Positions 29,046 to 38,789 of a stretch of 64,000 bases of DNA are shown piece after piece (the first letter of the stretch is position 1; the number at the start of each line of letters is the position of its first letter). The notes under the pieces were generated by a model, which did no database searches, had not been told where the DNA came from, and saw nothing but the letters and a program-made list of their open reading frames with translations. Origin of the DNA: an uncultured Candidatus Nitrosopelagicus sp. GTDB taxonomy: Archaea; Thermoproteota; Nitrososphaeria; Nitrososphaerales; Nitrosopumilaceae. The translations under genes and the position numbers were made by a program. The DNA is taken from assembly GCA_964511265.1 (NCBI GenBank), contig CAZEES010000003.1, forward strand, positions 836 to 64,835. Direction: 5' to 3'.

Positions 29046-29648
29046 TTGGATAAAACACCTCCCATTGTGGAAGATATAATTAGAAAAAAACATTCCATTG
29101 AAAAAAAACGGACACGTAGTACAAGTTACAGACTTCCTGAAGAAATCTTAGACGAACTACAAACTGAGGCACAAGAAAAAAATATTTCAGAAAATGTCTT
29201 GGTAAAACAGATCTTAGAAAAATACGTAAAATGGAACCGAATTGAAGAGTTAGTTGGAATGGTTCAGGTTCCTCAAGGATTACTAAAACTGGTAGGAAAA
29301 GAGATCTCTGAAAAACAACTTGATAATTTGGTGGATGTCATTTATCCAATTATATCAGATTCAACAATATTTGCAAAAGGAAGTACGGACATAGAACAGA
29401 CTATCGAAATGTTGGAAGATTATATGCGTGCATCTCATATGAAATCTGATCATAGAATTGAAGGTACAATTCATCATTTTGTCATACAACATGGACTTGG
29501 AATGACATGGTCTGTCTTTGTAGAAAAATTAATGCGAAGAATCTTCTCAGAAAAGACACCAAACCTAGAACTAAAATGCCAACTAACAGGATCTGCGGTA
29601 ATTGCTTCAATTCCTCTTGGTTCAGACTTTGACGAGCATAGTTATTGA
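29046..29648 (+). CDS. Ribbon-helix-helix protein with C-terminal alpha/beta domain
   Basis: STSYRLPEEILDELQTEAQEKNISENVLVKQILEKYV. Confidence 0.75.
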   Translation: MDKTPPIVEDIIRKKHSIEKKRTRSTSYRLPEEILDELQTEAQEKNISENVLVKQILEKYVKWNRIEELVGMVQVPQGLLKLVGKEISEKQLDNLVDVIYPIISDSTIFAKGSTDIEQTIEMLEDYMRASHMKSDHRIEGTIHHFVIQHGLGMTWSVFVEKLMRRIFSEKTPNLELKCQLTGSAVIASIPLGSDFDEHSY

Positions 29649-29941
29649 GAAATTATCTTACGATACGTGTGATTACAATACGTACAAGTTATTCGTATAG
29701 ATTTTGGTTTTGAGCCAAGACGGATTTTCGATGCGATCCCAGGAGCAATGAATTTTTTGCAATTTTTACAAAAACTGGAACTAATTTCAAAAGGCATCTT
29801 AATTTTAAATTTCAGACTAATTTTTTTAGCTATTTCAGCCTGTCTTTGAGCCAACCCAGGATTATTTTTTGCATTAGATAATGCATTGTTAAATAGAATT
29901 TCTATACGTCTTGTGGCAATCTGCTTTTTGGAATTTTTCAT
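29642..29941 (-). CDS. rnp4: RNase P protein component 4 (Rpp21)
   Basis: IATRRIEIL, FCKNC, ITCTYCNHTYR; start at MKNSKK. Confidence 0.92.
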   Translation of the reverse strand: MKNSKKQIATRRIEILFNNALSNAKNNPGLAQRQAEIAKKISLKFKIKMPFEISSSFCKNCKKFIAPGIASKIRLGSKPKSIRITCTYCNHTYRKIISQ

Positions 29942-29980
29942 TATGTATCTATTTGATATGTTATAGAATAAATTAATAGA

Positions 29981-30054
29981 TGCAGTCAGCGGGATTCGAA
30001 CCCGCGTCACAGGGTTGGAAACCCCGAATACTAACCAGGCTATACTATGACTGC
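29981..30054 (-). tRNA. tRNA-Gly (anticodon TCC), intron-less
   Basis: GCAGTCA acceptor stem, CGGGG-TTTCCAA-CCCTG anticodon arm, GGTTCGAATCC T-arm. Confidence 0.96.
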
Positions 30055-30076
30055 ATAAGGATAAAAAAAATTTTAC

Positions 30077-30745
30077 CTAAATAAAAATGGTTTTTTCATA
30101 TTCATAAGCAAGTCTACTTGCAACAAGGTGAGCTTCTAAAGATGAATTATTTATTGAAAATGATTCTTCTATGATTTTTTCGGTTTCATTACTAAAATGA
30201 CCTTTTTGAAATCCACCTAATATGATACATGAGTTTTCTTCAATTTGTTCAACCAATTTATCAAGACTGGTTTTTTGACCTTGGGTTGTTAGTCCAATTA
30301 TCCGAGTTGGTTTAATTTTTGAGATCAATTGAGACAATGAGGAATTTTTCATTTCCATTAAAATTTCATCTTCCGATTCAATTTTTTTGGTAAGGAATAA
30401 TTTTTCCATCAATCCTTGAAATCTGTGGTAAGATTTTGGTAAACGAGTGTTATTGTTAATAGAAATAACTTCATTATTTACAGTATGGACGAAGACTTTG
30501 ATTTTATTTTCATAAAAGACAGGAGTTGTGCAAAGAGACAGTAATGTTAAATGTATAATATCAGGTCGTCCACGTTTAATTTCATTATCAAGCCCTTTCA
30601 TAGCACCAAAATGCCAAGAATTATCGAGTAGTGTGTTAGAAGAATTTTTTTTGAATTTTTTTGAATATGATACAACAGAAGGATGATTGCAGATTTGTTT
30701 AGGTATTAGTTCAAGAGATGATTCTGCAAGGATGATGTAAAGCAT
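30077..30745 (-). CDS. nep1: 16S rRNA pseudouridine methyltransferase Nep1
   Basis: ILAESSLE, RGRPDIIH, RLPKSYHRFQGL, GGFQKGHF. Confidence 0.93.
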   Translation of the reverse strand: MLYIILAESSLELIPKQICNHPSVVSYSKKFKKNSSNTLLDNSWHFGAMKGLDNEIKRGRPDIIHLTLLSLCTTPVFYENKIKVFVHTVNNEVISINNNTRLPKSYHRFQGLMEKLFLTKKIESEDEILMEMKNSSLSQLISKIKPTRIIGLTTQGQKTSLDKLVEQIEENSCIILGGFQKGHFSNETEKIIEESFSINNSSLEAHLVASRLAYEYEKTIFI

Positions 30746-30749
30746 TTGA

Positions 30750-31874
30750 TTATTGTGGGATATTTGTTTTTAGTTGTTCCCATGCTGGTTTTGCGTTTTG
30801 GTTTTTATCTATTAAGCCAGAATTACAGAGATATTCATCAATTCTTTCTAAACGAAATGAATTACTTGAAAAACCAGAACCTCCTATGCTTTGTATGTCT
30901 TGAGAGACACAACTTCCTTTTGGTTTATCAAACAATCTGGAAATGGTAAAAAATTCTATTTGAGATTCATTTTCTTCAAAAAAGTTTAAGCTGGATTTGA
31001 TGAAAGATTCTTGATGTATATTATACCCATTAACAAATTCAGAGGTACTCCAACTAATTTCAAAAAATGCCAATTTTTGTGAAGGAAATATTTCCAGAGA
31101 TTTTTCAAGATCACCTGTAGCCTCCAGTGGAGTTCTGTCAATATCACCAACTACATCTGTAGGTTTGTATGAGAGAGCTATAAAATCACCCATTTCTAAT
31201 TGAGGGGTTAGTTCACGCACACCATTTGGAACCAAGTCTTTGTTTATGATGTTTTCAAGTGATATACTGTTTCCAATTTTTACATTAGGATGATTTGATT
31301 TGGTTTCTGATGAGACATTATTAAAAAATTCTACATAGGACGGAATTGTACCAGTTCCTCTCTGAAAGTAATAATCAATATCTGCTGCAAATATTACATA
31401 ATCGATATTTTCATATCTAGAGAGAATTGCATCCAACACTCTAACAGTGTCAGTCTCAAGAGATTTTCCAATTATTTGGTTACCCATCCATGATGGAAAT
31501 GGACCTAACCTATCTGCGTTAATTACTGAAAGATATAATGTTGTTTTGAGATTATATTTTTCATTTAGTTTCATCATGATATCAGTAACACGCCAATCAA
31601 AGTTTCCTTTTTCAGGTTCAAGATAATCCCAATGCACATACAAATTTGTTCGTCCAATTCCAGATGTCGAGGCAATTTTGTATGAGTCTTCTAGATCAGC
31701 AACACCTGTTGGTGGATTTATGGTATTAATCACCAAGCCAATCTTTTCATTTTGAGATATCTGATCACTCGGTGATGAGACAGTATCAACTGAATCACTT
31801 TTTGTTAGAAAATAAGCAGATGAACCACCTATTGCAACAATTAGGATTACAATTCCAATAATTTTACTATTCAA
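30750..31874 (-). CDS. Membrane-anchored glycoside-hydrolase-like TIM-barrel protein
   Basis: N-terminal TM helix; VHWDYLEPEKGNFDW; LAFFEISW. Confidence 0.6.
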   Translation of the reverse strand: MNSKIIGIVILIVAIGGSSAYFLTKSDSVDTVSSPSDQISQNEKIGLVINTINPPTGVADLEDSYKIASTSGIGRTNLYVHWDYLEPEKGNFDWRVTDIMMKLNEKYNLKTTLYLSVINADRLGPFPSWMGNQIIGKSLETDTVRVLDAILSRYENIDYVIFAADIDYYFQRGTGTIPSYVEFFNNVSSETKSNHPNVKIGNSISLENIINKDLVPNGVRELTPQLEMGDFIALSYKPTDVVGDIDRTPLEATGDLEKSLEIFPSQKLAFFEISWSTSEFVNGYNIHQESFIKSSLNFFEENESQIEFFTISRLFDKPKGSCVSQDIQSIGGSGFSSNSFRLERIDEYLCNSGLIDKNQNAKPAWEQLKTNIPQ

Positions 31875-31917
31875 TATGTGTTGAGATGAACTTGTATTCT
31901 AAAATGTTGTTATTTCA

Positions 31918-34572
31918 TTATCCAGATGTACATCCACTATATCCACATTCAATACAGATGTGGCAGCCCTCAGTTAAGACAAGAGTGTTCTTACAAGTAG
32001 GGCATAACTTTTCTTCTATTTCAGGTTCTGCCATTACATGATTTTCTCGAGGAAGTTCTTGTGGGGCAGTCACTTTGAGTGCATTGTTAATCTGCTTTAA
32101 GATGTATGGATTTTTGATATTACTTGTGATGTAATCGTATAGATAGTCAGTGGCGGTAACTTCAAAGGTTTTCTCAGAGTTTTCACTTGTCATATGAAGT
32201 ACTTGTTTGTGTCTTGAACCATCACGATAAACAGTGATTCCTTTAAGGCCTAATTCATGTGCCAACAAATAGGCTGCTTTTACGTCGTCTGCAGAGACAT
32301 CGTTTGGCATATTGATTGTCTTTGCAATAGCATTTCCAATCCAGTCTTGCCACACTGCTTGAGCCATTAGATGATCAGTCCAATGAATATCCATTGCAGT
32401 GACAAAGATGTTTTGAATCCATTCTGGTATTTCATCAATTCCTTTCACTGAACCATAGTTATCAGCAACTTTTGCTAGTAATTCTTCACTGTAAAGACCA
32501 TTTTCCTTTAGAACCTCTTCAAACACTTTGTTTGTGTAAAAGAATCTTCCAACAGTGACACGTTTTTCAAATACTAGTGCAAAGGTTGGTTCCATTCCAT
32601 TTGAACAATCAGATAGCATAGATAATGTTCCAGTTGGTGCAACAGTTGTTGTGAGAACATTTCTAATTCCATATTTCTCAATTTTCGTGATTAAAGCATC
32701 CCAATCGTAATAGTGTCTTTGTCGTGGTTTTTCATAATAGCCAGCAATTGGGATCTTACCTTCAGGATATTCTGTCTTTGAACAAAGTGGGAATGCACCA
32801 CGAGATTGTGCTAAAGCAACACTTTCTTCCATGGAGTAATATGATAGTGCTTCTGATAATTTAGCCATAAACTCGTAACCTTCTCTTGAGTTGTATGAAA
32901 TTCGTAATTTGTATAATAAATCCGCAACTCCCATTACACCAAGACCAATTCTTCTCGATTCTTTTGATGCAACATTAATCTCTGGAACTGGATAATGATT
33001 TACGTCAATTACATTGTCTAAGAATCGTGTTGTCTTTCTAACAATTTCTTCATATTTTTGCCAGTCAAATTCGTATTGACCATCTGCTTTTCGTTTTGTA
33101 AGATTAGATAAATTGATTGATCCTAAATTACATGATTCGTAAGGATACAAACTTTGTTCGCCACATGGATTTGTTGCACGAAGTGGTCCGCCACGTGCTT
33201 TTGCAAATACATTGTATTTGTTAATTAGATCAAAGAAGATTAAACCAGGTTCTGCACTTTTCCATGCAGATGTTGCAATTAGATCAATAAGATGATGTGC
33301 ATTTATTTCGCGTACTGGGCTATCATCTCTAGTACTTCGAAGTGTATATGCACCATCTTCACTATTTACAAGTGCATTCCAAAAGTCACCCCACACTCCC
33401 ACACTGACATTAAAGTTCTCTAAAACTCCTGGTTCTGTCTTGTTAGTAATGAATTTCTCAATATCGGGGTGTGATACATCCATGATTCCCATATTTGCAC
33501 CCCTTCTCTTTCCTCCTTGTTTAATGACATCTGTAACAGTATTGATGATATTCATGAATGATACAGGACCAGATGCAACACCAGATGTAGATGCAACAAT
33601 GTCACCTTCCTCTCTTAATTCTGAATAGTTAATTCCAACACCACCACCTGATTTGAAAATTAATGCTGCATCAGAAGTAGTCTTCATGATTTGTGCCATG
33701 TCATCAGGCATTCCTAGTACAAAGCATGCAGATAGTTGTCCGAGACGTCCACCAGCATTCATCATAGTAGGAGAATTTGGTAAGAAGACTTGATTTACCA
33801 TTAGTTCAAGGTATTCTGTAATTCTTGTACCGTATTCAGTAAATTGTTTTGCTGCAAGTTTTGTTAATAATTCTTTAAAGCTGATTTTTGCTTGACCTCT
33901 TTCTGCAATATCGATATATCCATTAACTAAACCTCTAAAGTGGTATTGATTTAGATAATATTCATCAATTTTGAATTTATAATTGAATTGTTCTAATTTT
34001 GAAAGATATTCTTTTGCTTCGTCCACATTTTGTGGAGTATTTCCAGCTGCGTTGAATATTGAAGAGTCATGTAAGAGATCACCAATTCCAATTAGGATTG
34101 CAACTCTTTCAAATAATTGAGTTGGGCTTTCAATTATCTCATTTTTATTGTTTCTTAGAAGATATCTGGATGCTAATACGCGAAGGCAGTTAAGATCAAA
34201 GTGTTTTGAGACGGGATCAAGCGTTTTTGTGTTAAGAACTTTCATCTTCTCATCACGAATCTTTCTTCTCTCATGTCTATACAGAATGTATGATTTTGCA
34301 ATCTCACTGTGCCCTTGTTCTATCAAGGTTGATTCAACCATATCTTGGATATCTTCAACAGATGGGGGGTTTTCAGTACCAAATCCTTGAGTTGCTAATT
34401 TGTTTAGAACACCATCCGTTAGAGTTTGTGCAAGATCACGATCGCCTTCACTTGTAGCAAGTAATGCCTTATAGATCGCGTTTGTAATTTTATTCTGATC
34501 AAACTTCGTTGTGTCACCATTTCTCTTTCGGATCTCCGCGAAAGACGACTCTATTTGTGAATTTTCAACCAA
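31918..34572 (-). CDS. nrdJ: Class II (adenosylcobalamin-dependent) ribonucleotide reductase
   Basis: N-terminal ATP cone, FLPNSPT, LSACFV, TNPCGEQ, VAPTGT, GITVYRDGSR, C-terminal Zn ribbon. Confidence 0.96.
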   Translation of the reverse strand: MVENSQIESSFAEIRKRNGDTTKFDQNKITNAIYKALLATSEGDRDLAQTLTDGVLNKLATQGFGTENPPSVEDIQDMVESTLIEQGHSEIAKSYILYRHERRKIRDEKMKVLNTKTLDPVSKHFDLNCLRVLASRYLLRNNKNEIIESPTQLFERVAILIGIGDLLHDSSIFNAAGNTPQNVDEAKEYLSKLEQFNYKFKIDEYYLNQYHFRGLVNGYIDIAERGQAKISFKELLTKLAAKQFTEYGTRITEYLELMVNQVFLPNSPTMMNAGGRLGQLSACFVLGMPDDMAQIMKTTSDAALIFKSGGGVGINYSELREEGDIVASTSGVASGPVSFMNIINTVTDVIKQGGKRRGANMGIMDVSHPDIEKFITNKTEPGVLENFNVSVGVWGDFWNALVNSEDGAYTLRSTRDDSPVREINAHHLIDLIATSAWKSAEPGLIFFDLINKYNVFAKARGGPLRATNPCGEQSLYPYESCNLGSINLSNLTKRKADGQYEFDWQKYEEIVRKTTRFLDNVIDVNHYPVPEINVASKESRRIGLGVMGVADLLYKLRISYNSREGYEFMAKLSEALSYYSMEESVALAQSRGAFPLCSKTEYPEGKIPIAGYYEKPRQRHYYDWDALITKIEKYGIRNVLTTTVAPTGTLSMLSDCSNGMEPTFALVFEKRVTVGRFFYTNKVFEEVLKENGLYSEELLAKVADNYGSVKGIDEIPEWIQNIFVTAMDIHWTDHLMAQAVWQDWIGNAIAKTINMPNDVSADDVKAAYLLAHELGLKGITVYRDGSRHKQVLHMTSENSEKTFEVTATDYLYDYITSNIKNPYILKQINNALKVTAPQELPRENHVMAEPEIEEKLCPTCKNTLVLTEGCHICIECGYSGCTSG

Positions 34573-34658
34573 TTATAATCCCCAAGAACATCTTATTCTA
34601 AACAGCTTAAAAATTCTTTGGCAATAGTTTTTCCAACAATGAGTAAATTAATTTCACA

Positions 34659-34753
34659 ACGAAAAATTTCGTAGCATTTTATGGATTTTCATAGTGCTAA
34701 TTGTAAGATCAAGATTTTGTTCTTGTTTTCAAATTGATCGAAACGAATTTCGA
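34659..34753. promoter_or_regulatory. Two related palindromes upstream of nrdJ
   Basis: ACGAAA-aa-TTTCGT (34659-34672) and TCGAAA-cgaa-TTTCGA (34738-34753). Confidence 0.4.
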
Positions 34754-34826
34754 ACCAGAAGATACTACAATAAGCAAAACACTATTTCCTTGAAAAGTTT
34801 CATGCCTAGAAGTTCCTAAGGAGATT

Positions 34827-36905
34827 TTATTTTGTGTGTTTAATTGGTTTGAATGACGAAATTAGCGAAGATGCTTTTTCAATTGCCTTTTTTATATCGT
34901 CGTCCTTTGCTTTTGGATCAAATGGCAATTTTACGAGCAGACCACCATCTAATGTCTTTGAAATCTTGTTATACTCAGATATGATGTCACTTTTAGCAGT
35001 TAATTTACCAAGTTCTGCATAGTTTAATTCCAATCCTTGAGAATAAAGATCACCATCTAAGACATCCATGATTGAGTTCTTGCCATATTTTTCACTATCA
35101 AGTGTAACAAATCTTGTTAATTCATCACTATCAACCATTGCAATAGAGACATCAATTCCCATCTCTTGACCTTTTTTATGTACAATATCAACGGCAGTTT
35201 CTAAGACTTTGTTTAGAATTTCCTTTCCTTCTTTGTCATCTTTATGTCCAAGTATTTTGTAAACTGCTTCTTTTAGTCCAACAAGATTAAGAATTAAAGA
35301 AGAATTATTTTTTTGCATGAATTGAGTTTTTTCTGCAAGTATTGGATTTACACCACGTCTAATTAGATCAGACACATCTTTTTTGCGTGTTGCCATTGCA
35401 GCAATTGCAGGTTTCAGTAGTAAAGCAAGTCTAGCTCTGAAGTATGTTTCATCTTTACTTGATTCAAGTGCTAAACGTGGAAGGTTAATGGATAATGATC
35501 CTAGTTTTATTGAGGGTTCAGAAGTTTTACTAGAATGTCTAATTGCATTAGTTGAACACATTCCTTTGGAGAAGGTTACATTTCCACCATGAGATACAGT
35601 TTGTGAAAGTATTTCGGAGTGATCACTAACTTTTCCTTTCTCATAATCAACAACTAAACCAATTTTTGGTGCAGGAGTTGCTTTGACAAAAGTATTGTAT
35701 GCAGAGAAGATTGTATTAATTAATTTTTTATCACCTGAGAGTGGAACTCTGAAGGACAGTATAGTTGGAGATTTATCAAGACTAATAGATGTAGACGACA
35801 TTGTAAAGACATCTACAAGCATTTTTTCAATATCAGAATGTGTTTTTGAGAATTTTCCAACTACTGCAGCTAAATCATCTATTACTATTTCTTGTGATGA
35901 TTCTTTTGATAGTAAATTAAAGATCATAGGAAGCACCTTTCCCAAGTCATGAAGTGTTTTTGGTGCAGGAACTCTTGTAACTCCAGGACACTTGCCTTTT
36001 AGATCAATTCCTTCGTCAATTAGTTCTTTGAGATTGAGGAATATAGTATCAGGTAGTAATGACCACAAACCCAGATTAGAGATATGTAATTCTCCAGAGA
36101 GGTGAGAATCAGCAATGTCTTTTGGTAATGTATTTGTGAGTAAGTATTCAGCTAGGGTGTTTTTTCCACTAGTGAACAGTATATCTTCAACACCATTTCG
36201 TATATTTTCAACATTTGTGAACATTTCTTGAATGTCAAATACAGGCATTCCAAGTCGTGCAAGTTTATTTCTATATTCTTCATGACCATGCTCCAATAGA
36301 ACATTATTCACCATTTCACGAATTAGTGAACCAGTAAGGTACGTTGTCTGAAATTTGTAGATTCTGTTTTCTACTTCTTCAGTAATTTTTTGTGATAATT
36401 CAAGTGGAAGACTTCCTTCACGTACTAAAGATTGAATGATTTTGTCAGAGTTGAATTCCTCAATGGAATCATGTGACGTTCTGACATACATCTTTCCACT
36501 TTCGATGATGGATCTCTCTTCAATTTGTCTGGCTAGACTTAGAACCAGTTTTCCAAGATTTGTGATAGTATAACGTCTTTCAGACTTGTTTAATGCCACA
36601 AGGGATTGTCTAAGAAGTTTTCTCAAATGATAGGCGAATTTACCACTCTCTTTTTTTGATTTGAATCCAGCTAGAGATTTTAATTCAGAATAAGTCAGAG
36701 GGCCTTTGGAATTTAAGATTCTTAAGATATCGATTCTGTTTGGGCTAGCCATAACAGAGAATATCATTCTGACACGTTTTGAGGTAGATTGTAGACGACC
36801 ATCACCTTTAGTATCATCATCCACTGCCAAATCTAGATCGTCATCGTCGTCGACGTCGACATCCATTACTAATTCTTCTTCAAAATCTTCGTCTTGTTTC
36901 CCCAT
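34827..36905 (-). CDS. wHTH + ATP-cone + degenerate NrdD-like fusion
   Basis: ASPNRIDILRIL...FAYHLRKL HTH; VRTSHDSIEEFNSDKI ATP cone; HLSGELHI and SINLPRLA NrdD-like motifs. Confidence 0.85.
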   Translation of the reverse strand: MGKQDEDFEEELVMDVDVDDDDDLDLAVDDDTKGDGRLQSTSKRVRMIFSVMASPNRIDILRILNSKGPLTYSELKSLAGFKSKKESGKFAYHLRKLLRQSLVALNKSERRYTITNLGKLVLSLARQIEERSIIESGKMYVRTSHDSIEEFNSDKIIQSLVREGSLPLELSQKITEEVENRIYKFQTTYLTGSLIREMVNNVLLEHGHEEYRNKLARLGMPVFDIQEMFTNVENIRNGVEDILFTSGKNTLAEYLLTNTLPKDIADSHLSGELHISNLGLWSLLPDTIFLNLKELIDEGIDLKGKCPGVTRVPAPKTLHDLGKVLPMIFNLLSKESSQEIVIDDLAAVVGKFSKTHSDIEKMLVDVFTMSSTSISLDKSPTILSFRVPLSGDKKLINTIFSAYNTFVKATPAPKIGLVVDYEKGKVSDHSEILSQTVSHGGNVTFSKGMCSTNAIRHSSKTSEPSIKLGSLSINLPRLALESSKDETYFRARLALLLKPAIAAMATRKKDVSDLIRRGVNPILAEKTQFMQKNNSSLILNLVGLKEAVYKILGHKDDKEGKEILNKVLETAVDIVHKKGQEMGIDVSIAMVDSDELTRFVTLDSEKYGKNSIMDVLDGDLYSQGLELNYAELGKLTAKSDIISEYNKISKTLDGGLLVKLPFDPKAKDDDIKKAIEKASSLISSFKPIKHTK

Positions 36906-36970
36906 TAAATAAGTAAAAAAAAATTAGCTAATAAGGATTCTTATAATTAACGTATGGATCGGGTTAGAAA

Positions 36971-37132
36971 TTACTTTTCTTCAACATCTAAAGAAAATTC
37001 TGATGTTGATAATGTCTGATTACATGATGGACATTTGTTGTTGTAATGTTTTAGAACATCTTTAACAGACTTTAGCATTTTCATTGTAGAGATCTTCTCT
37101 CCACACTTTCCACATACAACTTCTACTGACAT
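36971..37132 (-). CDS. Small Zn-ribbon protein (53 aa, not in ORF track)
   Basis: MSVEVVCGKCGEKISTMKMLKSVKDVLKHYNNKCPSCNQTLSTSEFSLDVEEK. Confidence 0.8.
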   Translation of the reverse strand: MSVEVVCGKCGEKISTMKMLKSVKDVLKHYNNKCPSCNQTLSTSEFSLDVEEK

Positions 37133-37201
37133 AATAGATCAATTCTTACAGAACAATTAAAAATTATAAAAATTTTTTTTAATAAATGCAATAAAATTGA
37201 T

Positions 37202-37567
37202 TTACTGTTTTTCTAAGACTATGCCACGTTCATCAAAGCCCACAATTTTCACAGAGGTGCCAATTGGGAGATCTTCAGGGGCTGGTATTTTTGCCAGAAA
37301 TCCCGAGATTCGTATGCCAGAGTCGTCTAATTCCATAACAACCCAAGCGTAAGGAGCCAAGTCCTCAAATCCAGCAGGCGGAACAGTCATGATTGTATAT
37401 GTGATAACCTTTCCAACTCCTTTTAGAATAGAATCTTCAAATCCCTTGTTTCCACATTTTTTACAAAAGTAAACAGTTGCAAGATGGAGCTCGCCACATT
37501 TAGTACATTTTCTAGCTAGGACATTTCCATCCTTTGCTGCTTCTATAAATTCAGGTTTTGCAGACAA
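37202..37567 (-). CDS. DUF35 Zn-ribbon/OB-fold protein
   Basis: CTKCG...CKKCG, YTIMTVPPAGF..APY; TTG start directly after thiolase stop. Confidence 0.9.
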   Translation of the reverse strand: MSAKPEFIEAAKDGNVLARKCTKCGELHLATVYFCKKCGNKGFEDSILKGVGKVITYTIMTVPPAGFEDLAPYAWVVMELDDSGIRISGFLAKIPAPEDLPIGTSVKIVGFDERGIVLEKQ

Positions 37568-37568
37568 T

Positions 37569-38729
37569 TTACACACTTTGGAATATGTGAACTGCACAAC
37601 TTGCTCCAGTAGCACCAAAGTTTTGTGTCAACCCAATCTTTGCGTCATTAACGGTTCTTTCACCAGATTTTCCAGTTAGTTGCTCAAATACTTCAACAAC
37701 TTGGCCAACACCAGTTGCACCAATTGGATGTCCTTTTGATTTTAAACCGCCAGAGGGATTAATAGAAATTGAACCATTTAATTTAGTCTCACCATTTCTT
37801 GCAGCTGTTGCACCAGTGCCTTTCTCAAAGAAACCTAGATCTTCACTGTCAACTACTTCTGCAACAGTAAAGCAATCGTGAACTTCTGCAAAGTCAACAT
37901 TTTTTGCAGTAATTCCAGCCATCTTGTATGCTGCTTCTGCTGCAATCTTAGTACTTGGAATGGTTGTTAATTTTTCACGTCCTTGTAGTGCTGCAGGAGA
38001 ACCACCACGTCCAGAACCAATGACTTTAACATAATCTTTTGAATGTTCTTTAGCAAATTTTTCATTACAAAGTATGACAGAGCTTGCTCCATCAGAGAAT
38101 GGACAGCAATCATATAATTTTAAAGGACTTGCAACTACTGCAGAGTTCATTACATCATCAATACTAATTTTTTTTCTCAAGTGTGCTTTAGGATTTAATA
38201 TTCCATTTTCATGATTCTTAACTGCAACACTTGCAAGATCTTCTTCGGTTGCATCAAATTCATGTAGATATGCACGTGCCATTGATGCAAACAGACCAGG
38301 GAATGACGCACCTGCTTGACCTTCATAAAAGAAATCAGAACAATAAGAAAAGTAAGTTGTTGTCCAATCAGTACCTGTATGTGTAACCTTCTCAGTACCA
38401 GTAACCAGTACGGCATCATAGAATCCTGCTGCAACATTTGCAAATGCTTCTCTGAAAGAAACAGAACCACTTCCACACGCGGATTCAATAGAAAGTGAAG
38501 GACACTCAGAAATCCCTAGATTACTCATAACAACAGGACCCAAATGAACTTGCTTGTCTGCTACACCAAATACATTAGAGATGTAACCTGCTTGGATCTC
38601 TTTAGGTTCAATACCAGCACTTTCAATTGCACCAACAGATGCTTGTAATGTGATATCAGAAATACTATCATCAAGTTTACCATATTTTGTACTGCCTCCA
38701 CCTAAAACACAAACACTTTCTCTTTCCAC
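37569..38729 (-). CDS. Acetyl-CoA C-acetyltransferase (archaeal thiolase)
   Basis: ESACGSG, EVHDCF, GHPIGATG. Confidence 0.93.
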   Translation of the reverse strand: MERESVCVLGGGSTKYGKLDDSISDITLQASVGAIESAGIEPKEIQAGYISNVFGVADKQVHLGPVVMSNLGISECPSLSIESACGSGSVSFREAFANVAAGFYDAVLVTGTEKVTHTGTDWTTTYFSYCSDFFYEGQAGASFPGLFASMARAYLHEFDATEEDLASVAVKNHENGILNPKAHLRKKISIDDVMNSAVVASPLKLYDCCPFSDGASSVILCNEKFAKEHSKDYVKVIGSGRGGSPAALQGREKLTTIPSTKIAAEAAYKMAGITAKNVDFAEVHDCFTVAEVVDSEDLGFFEKGTGATAARNGETKLNGSISINPSGGLKSKGHPIGATGVGQVVEVFEQLTGKSGERTVNDAKIGLTQNFGATGASCAVHIFQSV

Positions 38730-38789
38730 GAAAATTTGCTGACCTAGTCCCTATAAAAATTGATCAAGTAATTTCATTAACTTGAGACA

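Noticed and set aside
29942-30010. Long N-terminal extension of rnp4 in the ORF track
   Set aside because: It overlaps tRNA-Gly; the Rpp21-like sequence begins at MKNSKK (29941).
27092-30054. Integrated element at tRNA-Gly
   Set aside because: No integrase and no duplicated tRNA 3' end seen; rnp4 lies between the tRNA and the island.
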